DNA of 64,000 nucleotides from a virus (IMGVR_UViG_3300017774_005745:96001-160000), one strand, 5' to 3'. Shown: positions 35,436 to 44,259, counted from the first letter of the stretch. Notes: generated by a model not told the origin, from the sequence alone. Translations and numbers: made by a program.

Positions 35436-35846
35436 TTACTCCTCCTGCTTCGGTTGCCTGTTGTGGAATGCGATGATTGCTTCCATCCCCTCGTTTCGGT
35501 TGGTGAACGCCTCGAAGACCATGTTGTAGATGGTATCGAGAATCATCTCTTCCGCTCTGTCTTGGGCACGGACACTGCTGGATTCGGTCTCGATGTCCTC
35601 TTGACCATTACAGTCGATAATCCGAATCTCCCATGCATCGAAGGTCTTCTCTTCCTCACTCCAGGTAGGGACAATCTGGAATTCCCAACCTCCGACGGGA
35701 AGCTCAAAGAGAAGGTAGCCGCTACTATCGTTCCTTACCCAGTCAAAGCCATTCGCAGCCAGCGCAATGCCTCTGCAGAGTTCCCAGTAGTAGTCTGAGC
35801 CTTCTGCATACTTCTCTTCGTCTTCTTCTGTTGCTTCAGACGTCAC
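35436..35846 (-). CDS. Acidic hypothetical protein
   Basis: GTGA-coupled. Confidence 0.7.
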   Translation of the reverse strand: MTSEATEEDEEKYAEGSDYYWELCRGIALAANGFDWVRNDSSGYLLFELPVGGWEFQIVPTWSEEEKTFDAWEIRIIDCNGQEDIETESSSVRAQDRAEEMILDTIYNMVFEAFTNRNEGMEAIIAFHNRQPKQEE

Positions 35847-36346
35847 AGCGACTCCTTGATGTGCTTTTTCATCTTCTCGTACATGTTGAACAAGAAGTAC
35901 GTCATCCGGTGGTCCCAGCCGGTGTTACCGGGTGTGTCGAGGTCGCGGTGTTTCAGGTACGTGGCCAACAGTCTGTTGACCTCTACCCTGCGCTCTTGCC
36001 GCATGAGCAGCTCGTTCCTGGCCTTCTCCAGCTCAGCGATGCGCAGGTTGAGTGCCTGCCCTTCTTCCAGGAGTGAGATGAATTGCTCGACATCCTGGAT
36101 GCCTTCCCTCTTCTCCTTCTGATACTGGTCCTCGATGGCTTGGAACGAGAACGGCTTGTCGTTTGGGTTCTCTGCTGGCACCTTCACTCCTTTGACGTGT
36201 GCGGCTTCTTTGAGAAAGGCAGTCTCTGCCTGTGTGAATCCCTGCGCCTTCGCCTGTGCGGCGAAGGACATCCACATCTCTTCGAGGTTTACTGTCTTTC
36301 CTTCTCTCTCTTTGAGCAGGTCTTCTTGAAGCTCTTCCAGAGTCAT
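35843..36346 (-). CDS. Coiled-coil hypothetical protein
   Basis: ATGA overlap at 36343-36346. Confidence 0.7.
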   Translation of the reverse strand: MTLEELQEDLLKEREGKTVNLEEMWMSFAAQAKAQGFTQAETAFLKEAAHVKGVKVPAENPNDKPFSFQAIEDQYQKEKREGIQDVEQFISLLEEGQALNLRIAELEKARNELLMRQERRVEVNRLLATYLKHRDLDTPGNTGWDHRMTYFLFNMYEKMKKHIKESL

Positions 36347-36624
36347 GCGGTTTCCCTCATGTACTCTTTCTCCAAGTCCATGTCGTACGACCCGTAGACC
36401 GGATGACACGCACCGCAGGGCACTGGCTGCCATCCCCGCTCCGCCGTCTTGCTCTTGTAGGGGTCACCCGTCTTGATGCCCGCGTTGGTCACTTCCCACA
36501 CCTCGTGGGCCATCTCCCTCTTGTAGAGCTTGTTTGCTCTCTGAAGAATCTTGTCTCTGCGGCTCCACGAGCCAAAGAGGTGAAGCTTCTTCTTCGACAT
36601 CACTGCGTAGACCGTTCTCTCCAT
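36343..36624 (-). CDS. Hypothetical protein
   Basis: AAAGGAG RBS before the ATG at 36624; motif promoter at 36664-36693. Confidence 0.7.
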   Translation of the reverse strand: MERTVYAVMSKKKLHLFGSWSRRDKILQRANKLYKREMAHEVWEVTNAGIKTGDPYKSKTAERGWQPVPCGACHPVYGSYDMDLEKEYMRETA

Positions 36625-36786
36625 GGTGGAGCTCCTTTGGGCTATGCGTTCTACTGCCTTCTTCTTATCCCCTGGAGCCTCTTGAAACTGCCCCCGTTGC
36701 ATATAGAACGAGAGCACCTCAAAAAATAAATTCGTCAAGGGCGGATAAGCTAAAGAAAAGCACACGTAGCGACGTGTGCTCTCCTC

Positions 36787-36960
36787 TTAGTGCAGACCGT
36801 TGATGTCCCGGATGAGGTTCTCCGCATCCATCTGAATGCGATGGACGTCACTGTTCGTCGCAGTGTTTTTCCACTGAACATGACGAGCCATGAAGCTCGC
36901 AGTCTTGAGGAGGAAGTACAACGCTCTGAATGCGAGCCTGCTGTTGTCCGTTGTGATCAC
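36787..36960 (-). CDS. 57 aa hypothetical protein (MITTDNSRLAFRALYFLL...)
   Basis: GTG start with GAGG; gap-filling; below the track cutoff. Confidence 0.55.
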   Translation of the reverse strand: MITTDNSRLAFRALYFLLKTASFMARHVQWKNTATNSDVHRIQMDAENLIRDINGLH

Positions 36961-36967
36961 GGCAGCC

Positions 36968-37183
36968 TCAGGTCTTCACGATGACGAGTTCAGGGAGCGT
37001 GACCTGCTCCCCCTTCTTGAACGCCTCCATCTCCGTCGAACTGAGCTGGAGCAGGAGGGAAATCCGAGCGTTCAACCCGACGTACAGCTGCAGGGTGTCC
37101 GCGTATGAGGCAGGGATGTTGGTGTACAAGGAACCTCCGTTCTTGTACGCCACGGTGACGGTCAGCTTTTCGGTTGACGGCAT
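36968..37183 (-). CDS. Hypothetical protein
   Basis: AAAGGAGG RBS; motif promoter GAGCAA-N18-GATAAG at 37240-37269. Confidence 0.75.
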   Translation of the reverse strand: MPSTEKLTVTVAYKNGGSLYTNIPASYADTLQLYVGLNARISLLLQLSSTEMEAFKKGEQVTLPELVIVKT

Positions 37184-37269
37184 ACAGCCTCCTTTAAACG
37201 GGGTGAGAACCAAGAGAATGACCTTCTCGATTCAACCTTCTTATCCCGCTCAAAGGAGGCTTTTTGCTC

Positions 37270-37764
37270 TCACAGTGGCGTCTTTTCGATGCTGCCGGTG
37301 GTGGTCGTCGTTGACGGCCCCTTACGCAGCGTGTTCTTCAGACCTGCTCTGGCGATGGCATCATCGAGGTTTGCGTTCACTGTCTTCATCAGACCCTGCA
37401 GAAGCTTTGCATCGTTGTTGGAATCGGCTTCTGACATAGCCCCGATGTGTTCGAAGAGCACCTCCAGAGAGGGCTCGATTCCGACGTGAATACACGCCTC
37501 CCAGAGAACCTCATCCAGGTAGAAGACCTGTCGAAGAGCCAGGAGACCCGTGTAGACGGAGGAAAGCTTCGGCACTGCTACTTCTGCCAGATACACCTCG
37601 ACAGATACGTTGCTGGCATCGGCTCCTGCTTTGACTGCCTCCGGAGAGTTGTCGACCTTGAACTTCTCTGGGTGTGCTTCGACCATCCTCAGAAGCACAG
37701 CTCGAAGCGCAACAAGAAAAGTATCCCTGTTGCGTGCGATGTCAGCGGATGACAGAGGGCCCAT
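37270..37764 (-). CDS. Hypothetical protein
   Basis: TAATG-coupled. Confidence 0.75.
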   Translation of the reverse strand: MGPLSSADIARNRDTFLVALRAVLLRMVEAHPEKFKVDNSPEAVKAGADASNVSVEVYLAEVAVPKLSSVYTGLLALRQVFYLDEVLWEACIHVGIEPSLEVLFEHIGAMSEADSNNDAKLLQGLMKTVNANLDDAIARAGLKNTLRKGPSTTTTTGSIEKTPL

Positions 37765-38162
37765 TAGCAGCCTCGGAACTTCTTCTCTTCCTTCGGAACC
37801 TTGGGCTGCTCTTCGGGAAACGCCGTGTCCATGAACTCGTAGACCTCTTGAAGCGTGATGCTCTCGAAACCAAGCGTCTTGAACGCGTTGGTGACCGTCT
37901 CGTTGAGGACGAGGACCTGCTGCAGGAGGACCTTGTCCAGGAAGTGGTCGGCGAACTTCACCGCGTACTCTGCCGTCCTGGTGTCAGGGTGGAAGTGTCC
38001 TGGGTTGTGGAGGGACTGAAGAGTGATGCTGTTCACGAGTGCGGCGTGAAGCTCCGCCGCCTTCTGATGGTAGGGCATGGTTCTGAAGTTCTTCCGCGCG
38101 ACTTCCTTCGTGTAGGGGTCCGTGAGTGACTGTTGTTTGTTCTGGACGAGGAGGCTCTGCAT
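37764..38162 (-). CDS. Hypothetical protein (strong codon bias)
   Basis: High GC3; co-oriented. Confidence 0.75.
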   Translation of the reverse strand: MQSLLVQNKQQSLTDPYTKEVARKNFRTMPYHQKAAELHAALVNSITLQSLHNPGHFHPDTRTAEYAVKFADHFLDKVLLQQVLVLNETVTNAFKTLGFESITLQEVYEFMDTAFPEEQPKVPKEEKKFRGC

Positions 38163-38240
38163 GTGATTGCTCTTTCTCTCTCAGGATGAGAGTCCTGCGG
38201 GGTGGGTACTTCGAGGGAAGGTATGTGAGCGCAATCAAAG

Positions 38241-38270
38241 AGGCGGCCCCAGTTTCCCAGGGCCGCCTCC
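38241..38270 (-). terminator. GC-rich hairpin/terminator
   Basis: GAGGCGGCCC/GGGCCGCCTC 10 bp stem; weak U-tract. Confidence 0.55.
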
Positions 38271-38462
38271 AACTACGCTTTAGACTAGTTTTATTTGGTT
38301 TAGGTACAACTGTTGGCTTACAGCTATGAACTATGACGGGTTCTCCGAGACGTTTTATTATTAGACGCGACAGCTACCAAGCCTGCCTTCGAGCATTTCC
38401 AGACTCTCATTTCTCGGCAAACGTCTAAATCCGAGACGCATCTCCAGAACCATACTCTGGAA

Positions 38463-38876
38463 TCAGATTACAGTACTACGGAGTAGAAAACGCATGTACT
38501 CCTCCTTTGGGACTTTCTTGAGGAAGGAATCACCCATGAACGCTTTGTCTCTCCTTCTGTTGTTTTCGATGGAGTTATTCAGCAGGGCTTCGCTGAGGGT
38601 GAGTCTTGTCTCGAAGTAGCCCGGAGACACGCTACGGTGTTTTCTACCGTCGTGAGGAGCTCTCGGAATGGGCCACGAAACCAGGGGAACCAGCCGAGAC
38701 CGTACCTTGTAGCTCTGTGCCACATCCGCAAGGACCATGCATCGACTACACACCTTGAGCTTCAGTTGGAAATCGAAATGAGTGTGTAGTGCATCAGGAA
38801 CGTTCGACTGCTGGTTCATGAGGATGTCGAACGCTCTACACATGAAGAGCGGGTTGAACCGACTACTCAAAGTCAT
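38463..38876 (-). CDS. Hypothetical protein
   Basis: GGAGG-like RBS; follows 38884..39285. Confidence 0.6.
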   Translation of the reverse strand: MTLSSRFNPLFMCRAFDILMNQQSNVPDALHTHFDFQLKLKVCSRCMVLADVAQSYKVRSRLVPLVSWPIPRAPHDGRKHRSVSPGYFETRLTLSEALLNNSIENNRRRDKAFMGDSFLKKVPKEEYMRFLLRSTVI

Positions 38877-38883
38877 GAACACT

Positions 38884-39285
38884 TCAGACCTCCACGCGGT
38901 AGTACGGCATCCCTCCAGGAAGCGCGGGCCACATCTCCTTGGGCATGAGGCAGGTGACCTTCTTGGTGGCCATTCCGAGCACCATGAGAGCCTCCATGTC
39001 GTGGTGCTCTCCCCACTGCTCACCATCGAACCGCATGCAGGCTCGGAGGAAGGACATTCCTCCACCCTTGGTTGCGTAGAACTCTTCGGGGAGCTGTCGA
39101 AGCAGCGTCTCGATGTCCTTCGACTTCTCTTCGAGCCGAGAAGGGTGAAGAGCGAAAGCGTGGATGACACCAGGCACCAGCACGGACCCTTCCGGAGGTC
39201 TCTTGGAGTGGGCAAGTTCCTCTTCGTTGTACAGGCAGTACATGAGGATGTTTTCCACATTCTTCGACGTGAGTTCGATGACCAT
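38884..39285 (-). CDS. Conserved phage hypothetical protein
   Basis: GGGMSFL.AC...GEQW..H..ME.L..LG...W..LPGGMPY motif widespread in phages; GGAGG RBS. Confidence 0.8.
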   Translation of the reverse strand: MVIELTSKNVENILMYCLYNEEELAHSKRPPEGSVLVPGVIHAFALHPSRLEEKSKDIETLLRQLPEEFYATKGGGMSFLRACMRFDGEQWGEHHDMEALMVLGMATKKVTCLMPKEMWPALPGGMPYYRVEV

Positions 39286-39331
39286 TTCTTACCTCCCAAG
39301 TAGGGAAAGAGAAGTTTGATTACCTCTCAAA

Positions 39332-39577
39332 CTACTTATACTCGTGATTTGCGATGTTTTTGATGAATCGCGAACCACACGGAAGGCACATGTAGAAAGG
39401 ACGATGACCTGTCAGAGGATACATTCCTCCGTACATGGTGGGACTCCTTCCAGAGTACATCTGAATGTCTACTGAGATGTAGGGGTCTCGGACATGACGC
39501 TTTCCTTCGAGTCCTGGGACGTCGACGAACGTATCTACGAACTCCTTCTGACACACCGCACAGGTTCCCCCACTCAA
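39332..39577 (-). CDS. Small Zn-finger-like protein
   Basis: CAVC...CLPC. Confidence 0.6.
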   Translation of the reverse strand: MSGGTCAVCQKEFVDTFVDVPGLEGKRHVRDPYISVDIQMYSGRSPTMYGGMYPLTGHRPFYMCLPCGSRFIKNIANHEYK

Positions 39578-39708
39578 TTGAGCATCCGAATGCAGTACAT
39601 CCGTGAGTGTCCTTCTGCTTCACACTCTTTGATGAGCTCGGCCTCGTTCCAGATGAGGAGCGCGAGGACGGCAATGACGATAATCGCAATGATGATTGCG
39701 AAGAGCAC
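39574..39708 (-). CDS. Small membrane protein (start uncertain)
   Basis: VLFAIIIAIIVIAVLALLIW TM helix. Confidence 0.5.
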   Translation of the reverse strand: MLFAIIIAIIVIAVLALLIWNEAELIKECEAEGHSRMYCIRMLN

Positions 39709-39709
39709 G

Positions 39710-40240
39710 TCAGTGACTTTTTTGAGGAGTGACTTTCGGGATTTCAAGCAGAAAACTCCAATCTCTGTCCTTGAGCGTGTTCCCAAGGAATTTCTTGAGG
39801 ACTCTTTTTACCTTCCAAACGCCTTTTCGCCAATCTTTCCCTGAGCGCATCTTCTCGTAAGGGTCTCCTCCCCATACATAATGATGCCTTTGAGAACGTT
39901 CTACGGCTTCCTGAACGTTGGGAGAGATGCGTCTTGCAAGCGCGAGCTCTAATTGAGCGACTCCGCAATCCTCTCCTTTTGTAAAGTCGTTTAGAATCAA
40001 ATGGGACGCTTCGTGAAGGACATCGAGCACGTCTTCCATCGACCTCACTCCAGATGGATGGATAGGGAGGAAGACGAACTGATGAATCTTCTGGATGCGA
40101 ATCGCTTCTGCGTTGCTGGGTGCTGCTCCAACGCTAAAATGCTTGATACCTTCGATATCTCCGTCGTACTCAACGAAGTTGACGTTGAAAGTGAGAAGAA
40201 GTGTCTTCACCTTTTTGAGGTACTTTTGATGTTTATGCAT
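39710..40240 (-). CDS. Hypothetical protein; HEASH resembles an HExxH metallopeptidase motif
   Basis: VLHEASHLI followed by E..V..LE; weak support. Confidence 0.55.
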   Translation of the reverse strand: MHKHQKYLKKVKTLLLTFNVNFVEYDGDIEGIKHFSVGAAPSNAEAIRIQKIHQFVFLPIHPSGVRSMEDVLDVLHEASHLILNDFTKGEDCGVAQLELALARRISPNVQEAVERSQRHHYVWGGDPYEKMRSGKDWRKGVWKVKRVLKKFLGNTLKDRDWSFLLEIPKVTPQKSH

Positions 40241-40247
40241 AATGAAA

Positions 40248-40273
40248 GAGGGGCTCTCAATTGAGAGCCCCTC
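40248..40273. repeat. Perfect 26 bp palindrome centred on AATT
   Basis: GAGGGGCTCTCAATTGAGAGCCCCTC, downstream of the Bro-N gene. Confidence 0.85.
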
Positions 40274-40291
40274 TTCATCCTTTCAGAACGC

Positions 40292-41518
40292 TTACTTCGT
40301 GCTGGGGTTGTGCTCGCGGTAATCCGTGGGCTCCGGCAGTGTGTTGATCTCACTCTGCGTCGGGAACCCGAGTGCCTTGAGAACTCCCGTCACCACACTC
40401 GGACTCCAGTAGTTGCGCCACACGAACTTGCCGTCTTCCATCACGAACCAGGTCGTCATTCCCACGCCGAAGATGCTGAAGACGGGGAGGTTCTCCTTGT
40501 CGAGGAAAGTTGCGATTCCCTTGAAGTAGCCTCCTCGCTCCTTGATGAGCTTCTGGATTTGAACATTGGGCAGCTCGTGTCCGAGGCCATTCACGAACTT
40601 CTTGATGGGGTCTCGCACCTGGTCTGCCGTCTTGTTCACGAGGTTGCCGATCTCCTCCGCAGAGAGGTAGTCGGTGAAGTTCGGGTGCTTCTGGTGACCA
40701 GTGAGGAAGAACCCACGAATCTGGTCGAAGTTCGGCGTGAGCGAGGACGCCTGGACGTTCGACACCGGAACCATCTGCGTGGCGTCCTTGTACGAGACAC
40801 GACCGCTGACGGTACCGATGTTCACGACGTCCCTGAGAGACTCTGCCTTGTACTTCTGGAGCTGAGTCTCGCGAACGGAGTCGAGCGTTGCTCTGATGTC
40901 GGCCTTCGAGAAGACATTCCACTTCTTCCCGAACTCCAGCGTCTTCATGAGCATGTCGAGCGCCGTCTCCCCCTTCGGAGACACGTCGAGAGTGAGCTGC
41001 TTTGCCTTCGGAGCAGCACGCACAGCGGCTTTCTTGACCGTGGGAGCGCTCTTCTTGGGAGCTGACTTGGGAGCAGTCTTCGTGGCCGGAGCAGCGACGA
41101 TGGTCTTCGTATCGTTCTTTTCGGACATGGTTTCCTCTTGTGAGTTTTGCTGGGGGACGACGTCTGGGATCTGAGCGAGCAGCTCTTGGCGAAGCTTTTC
41201 TGCAACTTCGGACTTACTCTTGAAGATGACCTTCATCACACCCTTCATCGTGAGGAAGCTCATGGAGTTTGCAGAGCTGGTGTCGAAATCAGGCAGAAAC
41301 TTTCTGATTTGCGCCAGGTACAGGGCGTCGAGAATGATTTTGTCATCCTTCTCGAACTCATCGGACCACGCCCCTGAGATGTGGTCAGAGAGCTTCTGAC
41401 CTTCCTTGGTGTACCCCAACACATTGCCGATGACTTTGGTGGGGGTAACCCAGACACCCGAGGGCATCTGGATGAACTTGATGCTGATGACTCCGAAATT
41501 CACTTCTTTTGTACGCAT
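40292..41518 (-). CDS. Bro-N (antirepressor-like) domain protein; possible nested start at 41128
   Basis: N-terminus W..TKVIGNVLGY...I...W.DEF...SFLT.KGV.KVIFKS..A.KLR resembles Bro-N. Internal GAGGA-N4-ATG in frame. Confidence 0.65.
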   Translation of the reverse strand: MRTKEVNFGVISIKFIQMPSGVWVTPTKVIGNVLGYTKEGQKLSDHISGAWSDEFEKDDKIILDALYLAQIRKFLPDFDTSSANSMSFLTMKGVMKVIFKSKSEVAEKLRQELLAQIPDVVPQQNSQEETMSEKNDTKTIVAAPATKTAPKSAPKKSAPTVKKAAVRAAPKAKQLTLDVSPKGETALDMLMKTLEFGKKWNVFSKADIRATLDSVRETQLQKYKAESLRDVVNIGTVSGRVSYKDATQMVPVSNVQASSLTPNFDQIRGFFLTGHQKHPNFTDYLSAEEIGNLVNKTADQVRDPIKKFVNGLGHELPNVQIQKLIKERGGYFKGIATFLDKENLPVFSIFGVGMTTWFVMEDGKFVWRNYWSPSVVTGVLKALGFPTQSEINTLPEPTDYREHNPSTK

Positions 41519-41553
41519 GAATCAGCCCCTCCTTAGGGCTTCAGGTGAGACTA

Positions 41554-41760
41554 CTACTTGGGGCTGACACGGCCTGATTTCAACTGTTTTTTCAACGCTT
41601 TGTTCTCTTTGATGAGCTCCGTGACCCTGTCGATCCACCCGATTTCGATTTCGATGGCGATTTGGACGAGGGCCTGTTTGACGACGGGGCGGAGCTTGAG
41701 GTTGTAGATGCTTGAGTAGATTTCTTGCTTTCGCTTTCGAGTTTGCGAACTGCTATACAT
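41554..41760 (-). CDS. Hypothetical protein
   Basis: GGAGGGG RBS; good codon usage. Confidence 0.65.
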   Translation of the reverse strand: MYSSSQTRKRKQEIYSSIYNLKLRPVVKQALVQIAIEIEIGWIDRVTELIKENKALKKQLKSGRVSPK

Positions 41761-41945
41761 TTTGTATCCCCCTCCAGGCAGCCTGCTTCGTGTTCGACGC
41801 AGAAATAACCGGTCCCCTCACAGTCCTCGCAGTCGACTGTTTCTGGTTCTTTGCACTTACAGGAGAGGCTGGTCTCGAAGCAGCCGTCGCAGCGAGTGCC
41901 TCCTCCATTACAGTCGAAGTGATCCTTGATGACGCACTTTTTCAT
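41592..41945 (-). CDS. Cys-rich hypothetical protein (Ser-rich tail overlaps the downstream gene)
   Basis: CDGC, CKC, CEDCEGTG (DnaJ-like CxxCxGxG). Confidence 0.55.
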   Translation of the reverse strand: MKKCVIKDHFDCNGGGTRCDGCFETSLSCKCKEPETVDCEDCEGTGYFCVEHEAGCLEGDTKCIAVRKLESESKKSTQASTTSSSAPSSNRPSSKSPSKSKSGGSTGSRSSSKRTKR

Positions 41946-42256
41946 TAGTACCCCAAGAACTTCTTGCGAAGTTCGACGAACACTTCGAGTTCTTCGTTGT
42001 TTGGTTTCTGGTCAGCAAGCGCCCCTGCGAGCCTCGTGAAGTCGAGGTTGAGGAGCGTGTTGGGATTCGGAAGCTGGTTGGTCCAAATCTTCAGAAACGC
42101 ATCGCACTCTTCTTTCGAAGCACCCGCCTTGGTGAGAACACGTCGAAGGCGGATACCCCTCACAAGCTTACTGGCCTGTGCTTGCCCCTTGGCGTCGCCT
42201 GCGAGGTCCTGAGGGAAGAACTCATCAACAACCCTTCCCTGCTTGGAGTACTTCAC
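41945..42256 (-). CDS. Hypothetical protein
   Basis: Coupled, co-oriented. Confidence 0.7.
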   Translation of the reverse strand: MKYSKQGRVVDEFFPQDLAGDAKGQAQASKLVRGIRLRRVLTKAGASKEECDAFLKIWTNQLPNPNTLLNLDFTRLAGALADQKPNNEELEVFVELRKKFLGY

Positions 42257-42762
42257 TGGCGTGCCTCCTGGGGCTTTGGGGGCTTCGTCATGATGATTCT
42301 GTGCTTGCCGACCTGTTCCTCGTTGATTACCTGGACGATGGCCATCGCGTTCTCCTCATTTGGGTGAGGATTGAAGGTCCAATCGTCTGGTGCCCCTTTG
42401 AACCCAAAGAAGTACGCGATAGCTATCATCGCAGTAGGGGTCGGGAATCCGAAGGCAGTGGCCACCGTGAGATGGCGCAAATCGACTTGGATTTCCGTCA
42501 TCGGAGTTGTTGGATCGTCCGCACTCTGTGAGAGTGCCTTGATTCGATCGACGGTGAAACAGATGTAGTACTCGACCGTCACGCCACTCGGGTCAGCAAG
42601 AGGGACAACTCTGGAGTGTTCTTTGCCATCCAGAATACCAGCAAGCTTCTGCTGAGTGCGGGGTTGTGTTGTATCGAGAATGTTCTCCTCTCGATTCGAG
42701 TACTCTCGAAGTTCAGCGAGAACAGGTTCGGCAGGACTTCCTCGAATGATGGCAAAATGCAC
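42253..42762 (-). CDS. Hypothetical protein
   Basis: GTG start, AAAAGGAG RBS, conserved leader hairpin. Confidence 0.75.
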   Translation of the reverse strand: MHFAIIRGSPAEPVLAELREYSNREENILDTTQPRTQQKLAGILDGKEHSRVVPLADPSGVTVEYYICFTVDRIKALSQSADDPTTPMTEIQVDLRHLTVATAFGFPTPTAMIAIAYFFGFKGAPDDWTFNPHPNEENAMAIVQVINEEQVGKHRIIMTKPPKPQEARQ

Positions 42763-42826
42763 GACCTCTCCTTTTGACCCACGAAGGGTCTAGATGAAGA
42801 CAGGATGTCTTCTGTTTTCTTATACC

Positions 42827-43330
42827 TTACTTCTTGCTCTTCTTCGATGGGCCGTAGTCCTTGGAGCTGAACTCCTTGAACCTCAGTTCCATCTCTTTGT
42901 TGAGCCTTCTCCAGATAGCAGGACTGATGAGAAGTTCAATCTCTCTCGAAGAGCTGTAGTACCTTCTCTGGACTCCAATCCAGATGCCCGCCTCTTTGTA
43001 GATTCCTTTTGCCCCGAAGACAGGACCAACTCGGAAGTCTAGTTTCTGACCGGCGCTATCTACGAGGTCAATCTGTGTATCGCGAACACCTTCAGGGAAG
43101 AAGTCTCCCCAAACTCCCTTATCCACTTTCGGAGCCTTATCGTACTGCTCCTTTGCCTTCGGATAGTACTTCTTCCAGGCTGCGTCTTCGAGCTTCCGAA
43201 GTGGGCCGCATGCGGCAATCGCATCGTCCCACTCCTTACGGCGCTTATTGTGCTGCTCCATCTTCCTTTCGAGCTTTGTCAGTTTTACCTTTTCGCTTGC
43301 TGGCTTCGAGCTCTTTGAGTCTTTGGTCAT
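42827..43330 (-). CDS. Hypothetical protein (start 43330 or 43261)
   Basis: Co-oriented ORF. Confidence 0.65.
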   Translation of the reverse strand: MTKDSKSSKPASEKVKLTKLERKMEQHNKRRKEWDDAIAACGPLRKLEDAAWKKYYPKAKEQYDKAPKVDKGVWGDFFPEGVRDTQIDLVDSAGQKLDFRVGPVFGAKGIYKEAGIWIGVQRRYYSSSREIELLISPAIWRRLNKEMELRFKEFSSKDYGPSKKSKK

Positions 43331-43517
43331 GATTGCTTTTCCATTGCATGAACTCGACGAGCATCCAATGGACTCGGGTCCCGACTTCCTTGGACCCTCC
43401 CATAACGAATCCCTCGACGAGCTGTGAGACAAAGTACCTTTTGAATTTATCGTAAGACCAGAGAAGGAAGTCCTCACTCTCGTCTTTGTATTCTAGTTCT
43501 CTACTATAGATCGTCAT
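43245..43517 (-). CDS. Hypothetical protein
   Basis: AAGGA RBS before the ATG at 43517. Confidence 0.6.
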   Translation of the reverse strand: MTIYSRELEYKDESEDFLLWSYDKFKRYFVSQLVEGFVMGGSKEVGTRVHWMLVEFMQWKSNHDQRLKELEASKRKGKTDKARKEDGAAQ

Positions 43518-43719
43518 CGTCCTTAGTCTCCTGCTCTTTGACTTTGGGGAGTTTTTCGTACGCCTTACAGAAGGCGCATCCAGCACGATGCGCTGCTGCT
43601 GCATGCCGTGCTGAAGGGTAGTCGTCTATGTAGGGGTCATGCTCTTCGTAGTGCAGTCGAAGAGCATGCATTGCGATGTCAATCTGAGCGTCTGGCCACT
43701 GGATTAGGTGTCGAGCCAT
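43504..43719 (-). CDS. Hypothetical protein
   Basis: Co-oriented; CAFC. Confidence 0.6.
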   Translation of the reverse strand: MARHLIQWPDAQIDIAMHALRLHYEEHDPYIDDYPSARHAAAAHRAGCAFCKAYEKLPKVKEQETKDDDDL

Positions 43720-43955
43720 TCGATTTGAGTTCTCCCCTCGTGTCCGTGGATGTTCTCTACCACTTGGATAGAGTCGTACACGTTGACCGCTCCGTAGTGG
43801 CTGAACCAGGTCAGCGCGATCTTACCTCCGCTGAACATGACGCCCTCTGCGACGATTCCTGTGCCGCTCGTCCCAGTGGCGTCTTCCATTCTGTTGAGCA
43901 CGAATCGCTTGGCGAAGCACTTCTTGACTGTCGGTGTCTTTGTTTGTTCAGTCAT
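43704..43955 (-). CDS. Conserved phage hypothetical protein
   Basis: R.ED.TG.SGTG.VAEGV.F..G...W...VY.S...IHGH.G.T.I.W family motif. Confidence 0.8.
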   Translation of the reverse strand: MTEQTKTPTVKKCFAKRFVLNRMEDATGTSGTGIVAEGVMFSGGKIALTWFSHYGAVNVYDSIQVVENIHGHEGRTQIEWLDT

Positions 43956-44067
43956 TGAGCTCTCAGAAAGTCTACGGTGTACATGAGGGCAGGCTGAGGT
44001 CCCAGCAGAAGGAAAGCGATCCCGAAGAAGAGAATTGCCTTGAGGAACTTCCGTAGGATGTCAGACA

Positions 44068-44259
44068 TCAAACCTCTGCTCCCGAGTACAGGGAGTCCTG
44101 GCAGTTCTGGCACGTCTTCGAGCGTGCGTACTCTCTCTTCGAGACTTCATTCTTGAATGTGAACGGAGGAGTCTTTCCGCACATAGAACAGTTGTCTGTG
44201 TTCTTGTTGGAGGACTCTCTGGTTTTCGCCTCATCCAGGATTTTCTGAAAATCACCCAT
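44068..44259 (-). CDS. Small Zn-finger protein
   Basis: CSMCG...REY..S.TCQNCQD. Confidence 0.7.
   Translation of the reverse strand: MGDFQKILDEAKTRESSNKNTDNCSMCGKTPPFTFKNEVSKREYARSKTCQNCQDSLYSGAEV

Noticed and set aside
40310-41065. 251 aa + strand ORF (and similar ones at 31302..32198 and 32918..33385)
   Set aside because: Antisense shadows of genuine - strand genes with GC3 bias.
41592-41760. Ser-rich tail of 41592..41945 as a special low-complexity domain or frameshift
   Set aside because: Best explained as out-of-frame reading over 41554..41760, which has its own strong SD.
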